DNA from: Sedimentisphaerales bacterium
Lineage (GTDB): Bacteria; Planctomycetota; Phycisphaerae; Sedimentisphaerales; Anaerobacaceae
Length of the DNA stretch: 64,000 nucleotides
Direction of reading: 5' to 3'
NCBI GenBank assembly: GCA_040772485.1
Contig: JAXGYC010000007.1
Location: forward strand, 864,001 to 928,000
Of the stretch, positions 18,983 to 27,490 are shown one piece after another (position 1 is the first letter of the stretch; each line of letters opens with the position of its first letter). The translations under genes were made by a program, and so were the position numbers. The notes under the pieces are model-generated. The model made no database searches. It was not told where the DNA came from and saw nothing but the letters and a program-made list of their open reading frames with translations.

Positions 18983-20410
18983 ATGACGAAGACAGCAAGA
19001 GCAGCCCGAGCCGTGCCTGTGGCCAGACCGGGACCGTGCACGCAAGGGGCAGTCACTCGCCGCCAACTCCTCAAGAGCGGCGCTGGTTTCGGCGCGGCCT
19101 TGGGATTCCCTTATTTCGTGCCGGGCCGCGTGCTGGGAGCCCAAGGCGCCACCCCACCCAGCGAAAAGATCGTCATGGGCTGCATCGGCGTCGGCAGCAT
19201 GGGGGGCGGCCATCTTCGCGCCTTCCTCGGTCAGGAAGACGTGCGAGTCGTCGCGGCCTGCGACCTTCGCGAGGCGTTCCGCCAGAAGGCCAAGCGGCAA
19301 ATCGATGAAAGGTACGCAAGCCAGGATGCCAGGACCTATCATGACTTTCGCGAGCTGCTGGCCCGTCCGGATATCGATGCCGTCTGCGTCGCAACGCCGG
19401 ACCATTGGCACGCCCTGATCGGCATCGAGGCCGCCCGAAACGGCAAGGACATGTATCTGGAGAAGCCGGCCGACGTGCACGTCGCCGCCGCGAAGGCGCT
19501 GCGCCGGGCGGTGAACGACTACGGCGTCGTCTTCCAGTTCGGCACCCAGCAGCGTTCCGGCCGGGACTTTCGGTTCGCCTGCGAGTTGGTACGGAACAGG
19601 AGAGTCGGCAGATTGCAGACCATCGTGGTCGGTTCGGTGCAGGGCCTGTCGCTGCCCAATCAGCCGACCCAACCGGAGCCCGATCCGCGCCAGTTCGATT
19701 ACGACATGTGGCTGGGCCCGGCGCCTTGGGCGCCGTATTCGTTCGAACGGGCTGCCTCCCGGGCCGAAGGCAGCGACGGCCACTGGATGCACATCCACGA
19801 CTATGGCCTTGGCTGCCTGAGCGGCGCCTGGGGCATCCATCACGTCGATGTCGCGCAATGGGGCAACGGCACCGATGACACCGGCCCTGTCCAGATCGAA
19901 GGGACCGGCGTAATCCCTCGGGATGGGCTCTGCGATACGCCGCTCTTCTGGCGGGTCGAACACCTGTATGCCAATGGCGTCACGATGATCCACATGGATT
20001 CGCGGCACACGGCTGCCGAGTTTTCGCAATTCGCCGAGGCCGCCGACTCGCTGCAAATCCCGGGCTGCGGCATTCTCTTCATCGGGACGGATGGCTGGGT
20101 CATCGTCTCGCGCGGGGGGATTGACGCCAGACCGAAGGCGCTGCTACAGGAAACCTTCGGCTCCGGCGAGATCCGCCTGCCCGCCAGCAACGACCACAAG
20201 CGGAACTTCCTCGAATGCGTGCGGACGCGAGGCAAGACGGTCAGTCCCATCGAGGCGGCCGTCCGGTCGGACACGATCTGTCATTTGGATGACATCGCCA
20301 TCCGCCTCGGCCGCAGGCTGCACTGGGACCCTCAGAAGGAGTTGTTCGTCGCAGACGATCAGGCCAACCGGATGCTCCGCCGCCCGATGCGCAGTCCCTG
20401 GACCCTGTGA
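18983..20410 (+). CDS. Tat-exported Gfo/Idh/MocA oxidoreductase
   Basis: TRRQLLK, TPDHWHA, EKP, GTQQRS, YDMWLGPA. Confidence 0.92.
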   Translation: MTKTARAARAVPVARPGPCTQGAVTRRQLLKSGAGFGAALGFPYFVPGRVLGAQGATPPSEKIVMGCIGVGSMGGGHLRAFLGQEDVRVVAACDLREAFRQKAKRQIDERYASQDARTYHDFRELLARPDIDAVCVATPDHWHALIGIEAARNGKDMYLEKPADVHVAAAKALRRAVNDYGVVFQFGTQQRSGRDFRFACELVRNRRVGRLQTIVVGSVQGLSLPNQPTQPEPDPRQFDYDMWLGPAPWAPYSFERAASRAEGSDGHWMHIHDYGLGCLSGAWGIHHVDVAQWGNGTDDTGPVQIEGTGVIPRDGLCDTPLFWRVEHLYANGVTMIHMDSRHTAAEFSQFAEAADSLQIPGCGILFIGTDGWVIVSRGGIDARPKALLQETFGSGEIRLPASNDHKRNFLECVRTRGKTVSPIEAAVRSDTICHLDDIAIRLGRRLHWDPQKELFVADDQANRMLRRPMRSPWTL

Positions 20411-20423
20411 ACCTCGTCGGCTC

Positions 20424-22454
20424 TCAGCGTCGCGCGTTTTTCAGGAGGCGATGGATTCGAAGCAGTTCGCCCACGCTCCAGGCCTGGGCCTGACAGCCCT
20501 TGGGCTCGTGAGGCTCGTCGCCGTCGAAGATCTCGGAGATGCTGCCAAGGCAGCCGGTCGTGGTCAGGTGCTTCAGGAGCGGCTCGATCATCTCCCCTGC
20601 CCTGCGGAGGGCGGCCGGCTTGAAGTCGTTGACTTTCAGATAGGCCTCGACGAACGGCCCCATCAGATAGGGCCAGACCGTCCCCTGATGATATGCCGCA
20701 TCTCTATTTCGTTGAGGCCCTTCGTAGCGACCCTGATAGCAGGCGTCGCGTGGACTTAGCGTCCGCAGTCCGTATGGGGTCAGTAGCTCCCGCTCGACAG
20801 CGGCAACGATGGCCTTCTGCCGAGCCCCGCTTAGCGGCGGACCGTATGGAAGGGAGACCGCAAAGATCTGGTTCGGCCGCAGGCTCGCGTCGACGCGCCC
20901 ATCCGGCATCACCGTGTCGTTCAGATACCCGGCCGATTCGTTCCAGAACCGCTCGCAGAAACCGTCGCCGGCCTGCTGCGCCATCTTGGCATACCGCCTG
21001 GCGTCAGAGATTTGATCCGTCCGAAGGCAGAACTCGTGCATACGGCACAGCGCGTTGTGCCACAGCGCGTTGACTTCAACCGGCTTGCCCCAACGAGGCG
21101 TGAACACGACGCCGTCGTACTTGGCGTCCATCCACGTCAACTGCGTGTCTTTGTCGCCGGCCTGGATCAGTCCGTCCACGTCAGCGTGGATCCCGAACCG
21201 CGTGCCGTTCTGGAAAGAATCGATGATCCACCGAATCACCGGCAGCAGTTCCTGGCTGAAGGTGTTCTTGTCTTCCGTCGCTTCGAGATACTCAAACGCG
21301 GCGTGGATGAACCACAGCGACGCATCCACGCTGTTGAAATGGGCCGGCCCGCTGCGATCGTCAAAGCGGTTCGGAATCAGTCCGCCGTCGGCGGCGGCGG
21401 CAAACGTACACAACACTGACCGGGCCTCCTCGAACCGCCCCGTCGCCAGCAGCAGCCCGGGCATGGCGATGAACGTATCGCGACCCCAGTCGGCGAACCA
21501 GGGGTAACCGGCCACGATGGTCGTCCCCTCGACGTCGCCGTACCGGCGATTGACGATGAACTGATCGGCCGCCAGAACGAGCTTGCGGTCCGCCTCATCG
21601 GCAGCCTGCGCTTCACGGAGAATCTCCCGCTGATGCGCCGCCAGCCGGTTCTTCACCATCCCGACCTCCACCGTCACCGGCCGGTCCGGACGATAGCGCT
21701 CATCCAAACGCGCCCAGAAGACGATGCGTCCATCTTCTTCGAGAACCCCTCTCCAGAAGCCGGGCGTCCAGAGGTCTTCGCTGGCATGCTGGCCCCGCTG
21801 GCGGTTGACGCGGTAGCTGAAATCGAACCACCATTGGGCGTCATCCTCGAAACGCATCGCCGGACAGTCCATCCGCAGTGCGCAACTGCCCAATGTATCC
21901 CGGCGTACGAGCAGCCCCGGTTCCAGGTGATCGCATCGCATCGCCGTATCGCCGTGCTGCATGTGGTGGAAGTCTCTGAGACCCACGAAGGGACGCACGA
22001 TAAACTCGACCGGCTCCATGATGCCTTCGAAACCATATTCCACCACGACCGTGTCGCTGTCGGGTGCAAGGTAGACCGCCTTGTCCAGCTCGATGGATTC
22101 GAACTCGTAGATGAAGTGCGCCCCGCTGTCCCGGCGGAACTCGCGCAGGTACGGGCACGGCGCCAGGACCGGCTCGCCGGAGAACTCGAATGTCGACAAA
22201 TGGAATGCCTTCCCGCCACACGTGACGATCTCCAGGCAATTCGACAGGGCCATGACCCGGTCTACCGGCGGATGCAACGCTCCGATCAGCAGGCCATGGT
22301 ATCCGCTCGTGTTGCAGCCGATGATGGTGCCCGAAGCGTAGCTGCCCCGCTCGTTGGTCAGGAGCCATTCGCGGTCGAGCAGGCTCGTGCAGTCGTTCCC
22401 TTCGATGGCCACCCGGACGATCTCGTCGGCCCCGACCTTCGGTTGTGTCAACAC
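20424..22454 (-). CDS. Glycogen debranching enzyme (amylo-alpha-1,6-glucosidase)
   Basis: EWLLTN, AGYPWFADWGRD, TWMDA, LRPNQ, YHQGTVW, QAWS. Confidence 0.93.
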   Translation of the reverse strand: MLTQPKVGADEIVRVAIEGNDCTSLLDREWLLTNERGSYASGTIIGCNTSGYHGLLIGALHPPVDRVMALSNCLEIVTCGGKAFHLSTFEFSGEPVLAPCPYLREFRRDSGAHFIYEFESIELDKAVYLAPDSDTVVVEYGFEGIMEPVEFIVRPFVGLRDFHHMQHGDTAMRCDHLEPGLLVRRDTLGSCALRMDCPAMRFEDDAQWWFDFSYRVNRQRGQHASEDLWTPGFWRGVLEEDGRIVFWARLDERYRPDRPVTVEVGMVKNRLAAHQREILREAQAADEADRKLVLAADQFIVNRRYGDVEGTTIVAGYPWFADWGRDTFIAMPGLLLATGRFEEARSVLCTFAAAADGGLIPNRFDDRSGPAHFNSVDASLWFIHAAFEYLEATEDKNTFSQELLPVIRWIIDSFQNGTRFGIHADVDGLIQAGDKDTQLTWMDAKYDGVVFTPRWGKPVEVNALWHNALCRMHEFCLRTDQISDARRYAKMAQQAGDGFCERFWNESAGYLNDTVMPDGRVDASLRPNQIFAVSLPYGPPLSGARQKAIVAAVERELLTPYGLRTLSPRDACYQGRYEGPQRNRDAAYHQGTVWPYLMGPFVEAYLKVNDFKPAALRRAGEMIEPLLKHLTTTGCLGSISEIFDGDEPHEPKGCQAQAWSVGELLRIHRLLKNARR

Positions 22455-22530
22455 GGCAGTCCTCCCCGTGAACAGGCGATCCCGACACCCGACGTTGTGG
22501 ACATCTTCGCGTGCCGCCGGCCCGGTTCCG

Positions 22531-23772
22531 TCAGTTGGTCACCGACATGCTCGACACGCCGGCAGGAGACGGTTTGGGCACAGTTTGGATGCGTGATCCG
22601 ACACAGCGTCTCTGAAGATGACCCAACACGTTCATGTAGTTGATGTAGGAATCGTAGGGCGAATCGTACGGGTTGAAGTACTTGTGCACGTCGCCGTCGC
22701 TGAAGTACTTCGTGCACATGTAATAGAAATGATCGGAGACCTGCAACCGGCGCCAGTCCGAGAGGATCTGCTCGTCGTTGGCTCTCTTGATCTGCTTCTC
22801 AAGGCGATACAGCTCGTGAATGGCGTTCGACTGCATCGGGTTGCCCAGCCAGGCCGACAGGTCGCGTTCGGTGTCGGCCCAACTGATCATGTGACGCACA
22901 TCGACCTCGCCGATCGGTTCGTAGCTGGCGGCCACCTCGCTGGGGGTCTTGAAATTGTTGTCCGGATGCTTGAGGACCTCCTCCGGCAGATGTCGCATGA
23001 ACTCGAAGATCCCTGTGTCTTCCCACTGATGCTCGCCGAGGGTCTCGTAGTCCATGAACAGGTTGACCACATGGCCGTTTCCGTTGACCGCGTTGACCCA
23101 CTGGCTGAACTTCGACGCCGTCAGGGGCCACTCGACCCAATGACGGTTCGAAAAGCGGAACGCAATGTCGTCGCTGAGCGAGTAGTTCTTCAGCAGCAGC
23201 TTGAGGTGCTTGCAGCCCTTTGGGCGATAGACGAAGTTCGGACTTCGATAGCCAAGGATGTGGTCGGCCCCTTCGGTAATGACCGCGTCGAAGCATCCCA
23301 TCGCCTCGACCAGGAGGGCCAGCTCGTTGTTGTAGATCAGTTCGGTGTTGCGGAACACCTTGGGCCTCTGACCGAAGAGGTCCTCAATCGTGTCGGCGTG
23401 CTTCTTGACCTGCTCGACGAATTCATGACGCGAATAGAGGAAGCTCAGACTATGGTAGTACGTCTCCGCCAGGAACTCGACGCACCCGGTCTGGGCCAGC
23501 GCGTGGAACGTGCTGAGCACCTCGGGGCTGTACATCTGAAGCTGTTCGAGCAGAATACCCGTCAGACTGTAGGAGATGCGGAAGCGTCCCCGGTGCTTCT
23601 CGATGAGCTTGAGGAGAAGTCGGTTGGCCGGCAGATAGCACTTGTTGGCAACCTTCCGGCAGATCGCGGCGTTCTTGTAGTCGTCGAAGTACCGCTGATC
23701 GTTGTCGAACACCGTGTAGTGGCGCAGCCGCATTGGCTGGTGGACTTGGAAGTAGAAGCAAACCGAAGGCAT
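22531..23772 (-). CDS. Glycoside hydrolase family 57 (alpha-amylase-like)
   Basis: VHQP, ETYYH, RNTE, FMDYET, SWAD, SDHFYYM. Confidence 0.93.
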   Translation of the reverse strand: MPSVCFYFQVHQPMRLRHYTVFDNDQRYFDDYKNAAICRKVANKCYLPANRLLLKLIEKHRGRFRISYSLTGILLEQLQMYSPEVLSTFHALAQTGCVEFLAETYYHSLSFLYSRHEFVEQVKKHADTIEDLFGQRPKVFRNTELIYNNELALLVEAMGCFDAVITEGADHILGYRSPNFVYRPKGCKHLKLLLKNYSLSDDIAFRFSNRHWVEWPLTASKFSQWVNAVNGNGHVVNLFMDYETLGEHQWEDTGIFEFMRHLPEEVLKHPDNNFKTPSEVAASYEPIGEVDVRHMISWADTERDLSAWLGNPMQSNAIHELYRLEKQIKRANDEQILSDWRRLQVSDHFYYMCTKYFSDGDVHKYFNPYDSPYDSYINYMNVLGHLQRRCVGSRIQTVPKPSPAGVSSMSVTN

Positions 23773-23828
23773 ACCGACACCCAATCCTTTTCTTAACAAA
23801 CGCCCTTCCTTGAGCGACATCCCTTTCG

Positions 23829-25145
23829 TCAGGCGGGAACGAGCAGTTGCTCGTAGATGCTCGCGCACTGCCTGGCGGCGTCCTTCCATCGCAACTTGCG
23901 AACCTCGAAATTCCCGTGGTTGCGCAGCGTCATCTGCAGCGGCGGGTAACGCAGCACGGCCACGATCTTGTTCGCCATCTCATTGACGTCCCAGAAATCG
24001 ACCTTCAGGGCATGGCGAAGGACCTCGGAGACGCCGCTCTGCTTGCTGATAATCACCGGCACGTCGTTGTCGAGCGCCTCCAGCGGCGCGATGCCGAAGG
24101 GCTCCGACACCGACGGCATGACGTACAGATCCGCCATCTGGTAGATCTTGCGAACATCATCGCCCCGGAGGAACCCGGTGAACAATACCTTGTGCCCGAT
24201 TCCCAGTTGCGCCGCCAGCTCGACCGAGCGATACATCAGGTCGCCCGACCCGGCCATGACGAACTTGACGTTGTCCATGACCTCGAGCACCTTCTTGGCG
24301 GCATGCAGGAAATACTCGGGTCCCTTCTGCATGGTGATCCGGCCGAGAAACAGGACCAGCTTCTCCTCCCGTTTGATGCTCGCTTCGCCCACCGACCAGG
24401 AACCGTTGCGTTCGACGCCGTTGTAGACGACCTCGACCTTCTCCGGACTGATCCCGTAGCGACTGATCACGATGCTTCGCGTGTAATGGCTGACCGTGAT
24501 CACCTTGTGGGCCCGCTCCATGCCCTCGCGTTCGATGTCGTACACGACCTGGTTGACGTGCTCGCCGCTCCGGTCGAACTCTGTCGAGTGCACGTGCACG
24601 ACCAGGGGCTTGCCTGTGACCGCCGCGACGGCCACACCGGCCGGATAGGTCATCCAGTCATGGGCGTGAACCACGTCGAACTGCTCGCTTCGGGCCAGCC
24701 GAACCGCCATCGTTGCGTACCGGCGGATCTCCTGGTACATGTCGCCGCCATAGTCACCACCGCGGCCCAAGTCATCGCCCGTCTGGTTCTCCCCCATCTC
24801 GGCCCGAAGCCGCAGGCTCTCCTCCAGCCGCTCGTTGTAGCTTTCCGGAGTCGCATAGGCCTGCAGGGGAGAGGCAATCGTCTTGAAGATCACATTCGTC
24901 AGGTCACAGTCCGTCGATCGGTGAGAACCGGGGGTCTTGCAGGAACGCGGCGACAGGAGTTTGACGTGTGTTACGTACTCGCTCTCGACCGTTTTCGGAA
25001 GCACGAAGGTCACCTTCACGCCGAGCTGGTCCATCGCCCGCGTCAGACCGTAGCACGCTGTGCCGAGCCCTCCACTGATGAAGGGTGGGAACTCCCAACC
25101 CAGCATGAAGACTCGAATGTGCTCCCCCTCTTCGTTCCGTCCCAT
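23829..25145 (-). CDS. GT4 glycosyltransferase (glycogen-synthase-like)
   Basis: GWEFPP..SGGLG, HAHDW, SEPFGIAPLEA. Confidence 0.92.
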   Translation of the reverse strand: MGRNEEGEHIRVFMLGWEFPPFISGGLGTACYGLTRAMDQLGVKVTFVLPKTVESEYVTHVKLLSPRSCKTPGSHRSTDCDLTNVIFKTIASPLQAYATPESYNERLEESLRLRAEMGENQTGDDLGRGGDYGGDMYQEIRRYATMAVRLARSEQFDVVHAHDWMTYPAGVAVAAVTGKPLVVHVHSTEFDRSGEHVNQVVYDIEREGMERAHKVITVSHYTRSIVISRYGISPEKVEVVYNGVERNGSWSVGEASIKREEKLVLFLGRITMQKGPEYFLHAAKKVLEVMDNVKFVMAGSGDLMYRSVELAAQLGIGHKVLFTGFLRGDDVRKIYQMADLYVMPSVSEPFGIAPLEALDNDVPVIISKQSGVSEVLRHALKVDFWDVNEMANKIVAVLRYPPLQMTLRNHGNFEVRKLRWKDAARQCASIYEQLLVPA

Positions 25146-25666
25146 AGGTCCTCACTTCTTTCCGGGGTCCGGTGGAATCTGACCGCTGTCGAGCCCACCA
25201 CCGAACACTGGTCTGGCGAACGTCGCTCGAAGGAAACGCCCCTGTGGCGCCTTCCTAATATGTCTAAGGTATCGGCAGCCACGTCCACCCGCTTGATCTC
25301 TGTGCGCAAAAAATTTTCCACTTGTCACAGGAATATCAATGTATTCATCGGCCATTCCCACCCCAGGAGTACAGCAATTCTTGGAAAAAACCGTACTTGA
25401 GGCACTGCTGCCCCCTGTTTTATAGGCTGTTGGCGCCGTCCAGCGCTCTGCCGAACACACCCCCTCGCCTCACACCAGTATGCCCAAGCCTTTTCCCAGA
25501 GCCCGCCGAGAGATCGCAATCCCCCATCATGCCGTCGGGATTCACGCCGCTGACGCGACCCGCGTCAACAGCAGAGCCGTTCCGAGGCCATATCCCGAAA
25601 CAGCTCGTTTGCGACAGGCCAATCGCAACACCTGCCTGTGCCGACAGGCGACGGCCGAGTGCCCGA

Positions 25667-25855
25667 CTACAGATCCTGTGCCTTGACGGTACTGCGACGG
25701 TTCGCTTTGGCGCGGGCAATCGCCGCATCAAGCATATCATAGACACGCTCACTGATAGCCTCCAGGGCCTCAGACGAGGTCATCATCTTCTGATCCTTGA
25801 TGTGGGCTTTGACTTTGCTTGCCACCACCAATGCCTCCCTCTTCTTCTTGGCCAT
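25667..25855 (-). CDS. Bacterial histone-fold protein (Bd0055/HBb-like singlet)
   Basis: MAKKKREALVVASKVKAHIKDQKMMTSSEALEAISERVYDMLDAAIARAKANRRSTVKAQDL; LVVxSKVK, MxTS and RxTVxxxD motifs; GGAGG RBS. Confidence 0.88.
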   Translation of the reverse strand: MAKKKREALVVASKVKAHIKDQKMMTSSEALEAISERVYDMLDAAIARAKANRRSTVKAQDL

Positions 25856-26200
25856 CGCCATGGTCCTCCCTGACACAGAAAACCGGTAACGGGACATTCC
25901 TCGGCACGCTACCCCCCGGTGCCGCACGGGATTTGCTGACCATCTTGCCCAGGACCCGTCCTAATGCAACAAAAAAAACGCCAAACCCCCTAAATTCCTG
26001 CCCCTCCAAGGCCGATAGGCTCCAGTGAGCTTGGGGCCGGTGGCTGGGCGTTGTGGCCGCCGCTGCCTGTGATCCAGGCCCAGACGAACCAGGAGAGAGG
26101 GTTCCATGTCGCCCGTTTCGGCCCGCGGGCCTGCGACACCGGACTCCTGGATGATGAAGAGCACGTGGTTCTGTTATGGAGCGCGAAGATGAGAAAGCCG

Positions 26201-26509
26201 ATGGACAAGAAGAACAACGGGCAGGCGAAACTCAAGGATCTGGTGGTCGTCACACTCCTGAACGACGTGGACCAAGCGAAAGAGTACCAAACCCTGCTGA
26301 AGCTCAACGACATCCCCGCCACGATCAAGGAGCAGCTCGATCCGAGCGGCGAGCACAAGGGGGTAGCGATCATGGTGCCCGAGGACTTCCTCGATGAGGC
26401 CCATGTCGTGATCGAGTCGCAGGATGCCTATGACGACTTCTACGACTATGCGATGGAAGACGAGGAAGAGGTCGATTTCGACGCGGACCTGCTGGACGAC
26501 GAGTACTGA
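26201..26509 (+). CDS. Small protein, DUF2007-like, with highly acidic C-terminal tail
   Basis: [15 protein letters not shown]...[11 protein letters not shown] pattern; D/E-rich tail; start could be 26189. Confidence 0.65.
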   Translation: MDKKNNGQAKLKDLVVVTLLNDVDQAKEYQTLLKLNDIPATIKEQLDPSGEHKGVAIMVPEDFLDEAHVVIESQDAYDDFYDYAMEDEEEVDFDADLLDDEY

Positions 26510-26607
26510 CACGCCCGACGGCGTACCGCACAGGCGCAATCATCGATTCCTCCGTCCGGACGGCAGCAGACGCGGAGCAATCGTACAAGAGAGAAAGCCA
26601 ACCCACT

Positions 26608-27066
26608 ATGGTAGAGGCAGAGAAGAAACACACCGACAAACCCTGTTGCCGAGAAGGTCGCTGCGACTGCACCGGCGACAGGCGCAAGAAGGAAGCGGAC
26701 ACCACCAGCCCGGATTTCGTGGAGCGGCGAAGCGGGGTGGAACGCAGACAGAATGTGGTGGACCGCCGACTTGGGCTGGATCGACGTCGTGGCCCCGGAC
26801 GGCGGCGCAGTGAGGATCGCAAGGCCGCAGAGGAGGGCCAGATGTCAGATGAGCAATTCGAGTTCGTGATGGCTATTGACGAATACAAGCGAGCCAATGC
26901 GCGGCCATTTCCGACCTGGACGGAGGTCCTCGAAGTCATCAAGGCGTTGGGGTATCGCCGCGTGGCCGAACCTCAATCGTTGTGCAAATCGTCGCCCGAG
27001 TTGAAGGTCACAGATAAGACCGCCAAAGGCCGGCGTCGAGCTCGCAAGCCGCTACTGACGAAGTAA
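26608..27066 (+). CDS. Hypothetical protein with tandem [DE]RR repeats
   Basis: [29 protein letters not shown] followed by a compact C-terminal domain [31 protein letters not shown]. Confidence 0.75.
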   Translation: MVEAEKKHTDKPCCREGRCDCTGDRRKKEADTTSPDFVERRSGVERRQNVVDRRLGLDRRRGPGRRRSEDRKAAEEGQMSDEQFEFVMAIDEYKRANARPFPTWTEVLEVIKALGYRRVAEPQSLCKSSPELKVTDKTAKGRRRARKPLLTK

Positions 27067-27289
27067 CCCATCGCGGACGGCCAGGGACGCTTCGGCCCGG
27101 TCAGGACCAGGGCGTTCAAGCCCTCACCACCAGTTATCGGCCCTCCCCTCGGGCCCCACACGCGGTGCGCCCGTCGTATCGCACAATTCGCCCGTTTCCG
27201 GGGGGCTGTTTCACCCTGCTCGACAAGGCCGGCTCACGGGCCGCTGAACGGATTAAGTGTTATTTTTCTGCGAGAGCGGCACATTTCTC

Positions 27290-27318
27290 TTGCCTGCCCC
27301 TGATTTGTCCGATATGAT
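27290..27318 (+). promoter_or_regulatory. Sigma70-type promoter for fusA
   Basis: TTGCCT (27290-27295), 17-nt spacer, TATGAT (27313-27318). Confidence 0.6.
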
Positions 27319-27322
27319 GATA

Positions 27323-27454
27323 GGTTCTTCGCTCTGCAAAGAGGGAGGGTAGGTACCCGCCGGTCGATGCAACCCAGGAAACAGGTGGCAAGGGCGAAGA
27401 ATCACCAGCGACAGGACAAACTTGAAGCTCCTCCTGCCGAGAATGGCAGGCGAG
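27323..27454 (+). ncRNA. Candidate structured 5' leader / ncRNA upstream of fusA
   Basis: GGTTCTTCGC pairs with GCGAAGAATC and encloses CTCT-GCAA-AGAG and GGGT-AGGT-ACCC hairpins; a CCTGCC/GGCAGG hairpin follows. Confidence 0.4.
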
Positions 27455-27490
27455 TGATTATCGTGTGTCAGAAAACGGTTTTGGGAAACT

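Noticed and set aside
25977..25997. Similarity of AGGAATTTAGGGGGTTTGGCG (minus strand, upstream of the histone gene) to 42506-42528
   Set aside because: Only two gapped low-complexity copies in unrelated contexts; could be chance
27323..27407. tRNA, tRNA-Sec, tmRNA or SRP RNA
   Set aside because: No TTCRA T-loop, D-loop or anticodon-arm geometry; too short for tmRNA; no SRP helix-8 motif; kept only as a candidate leader
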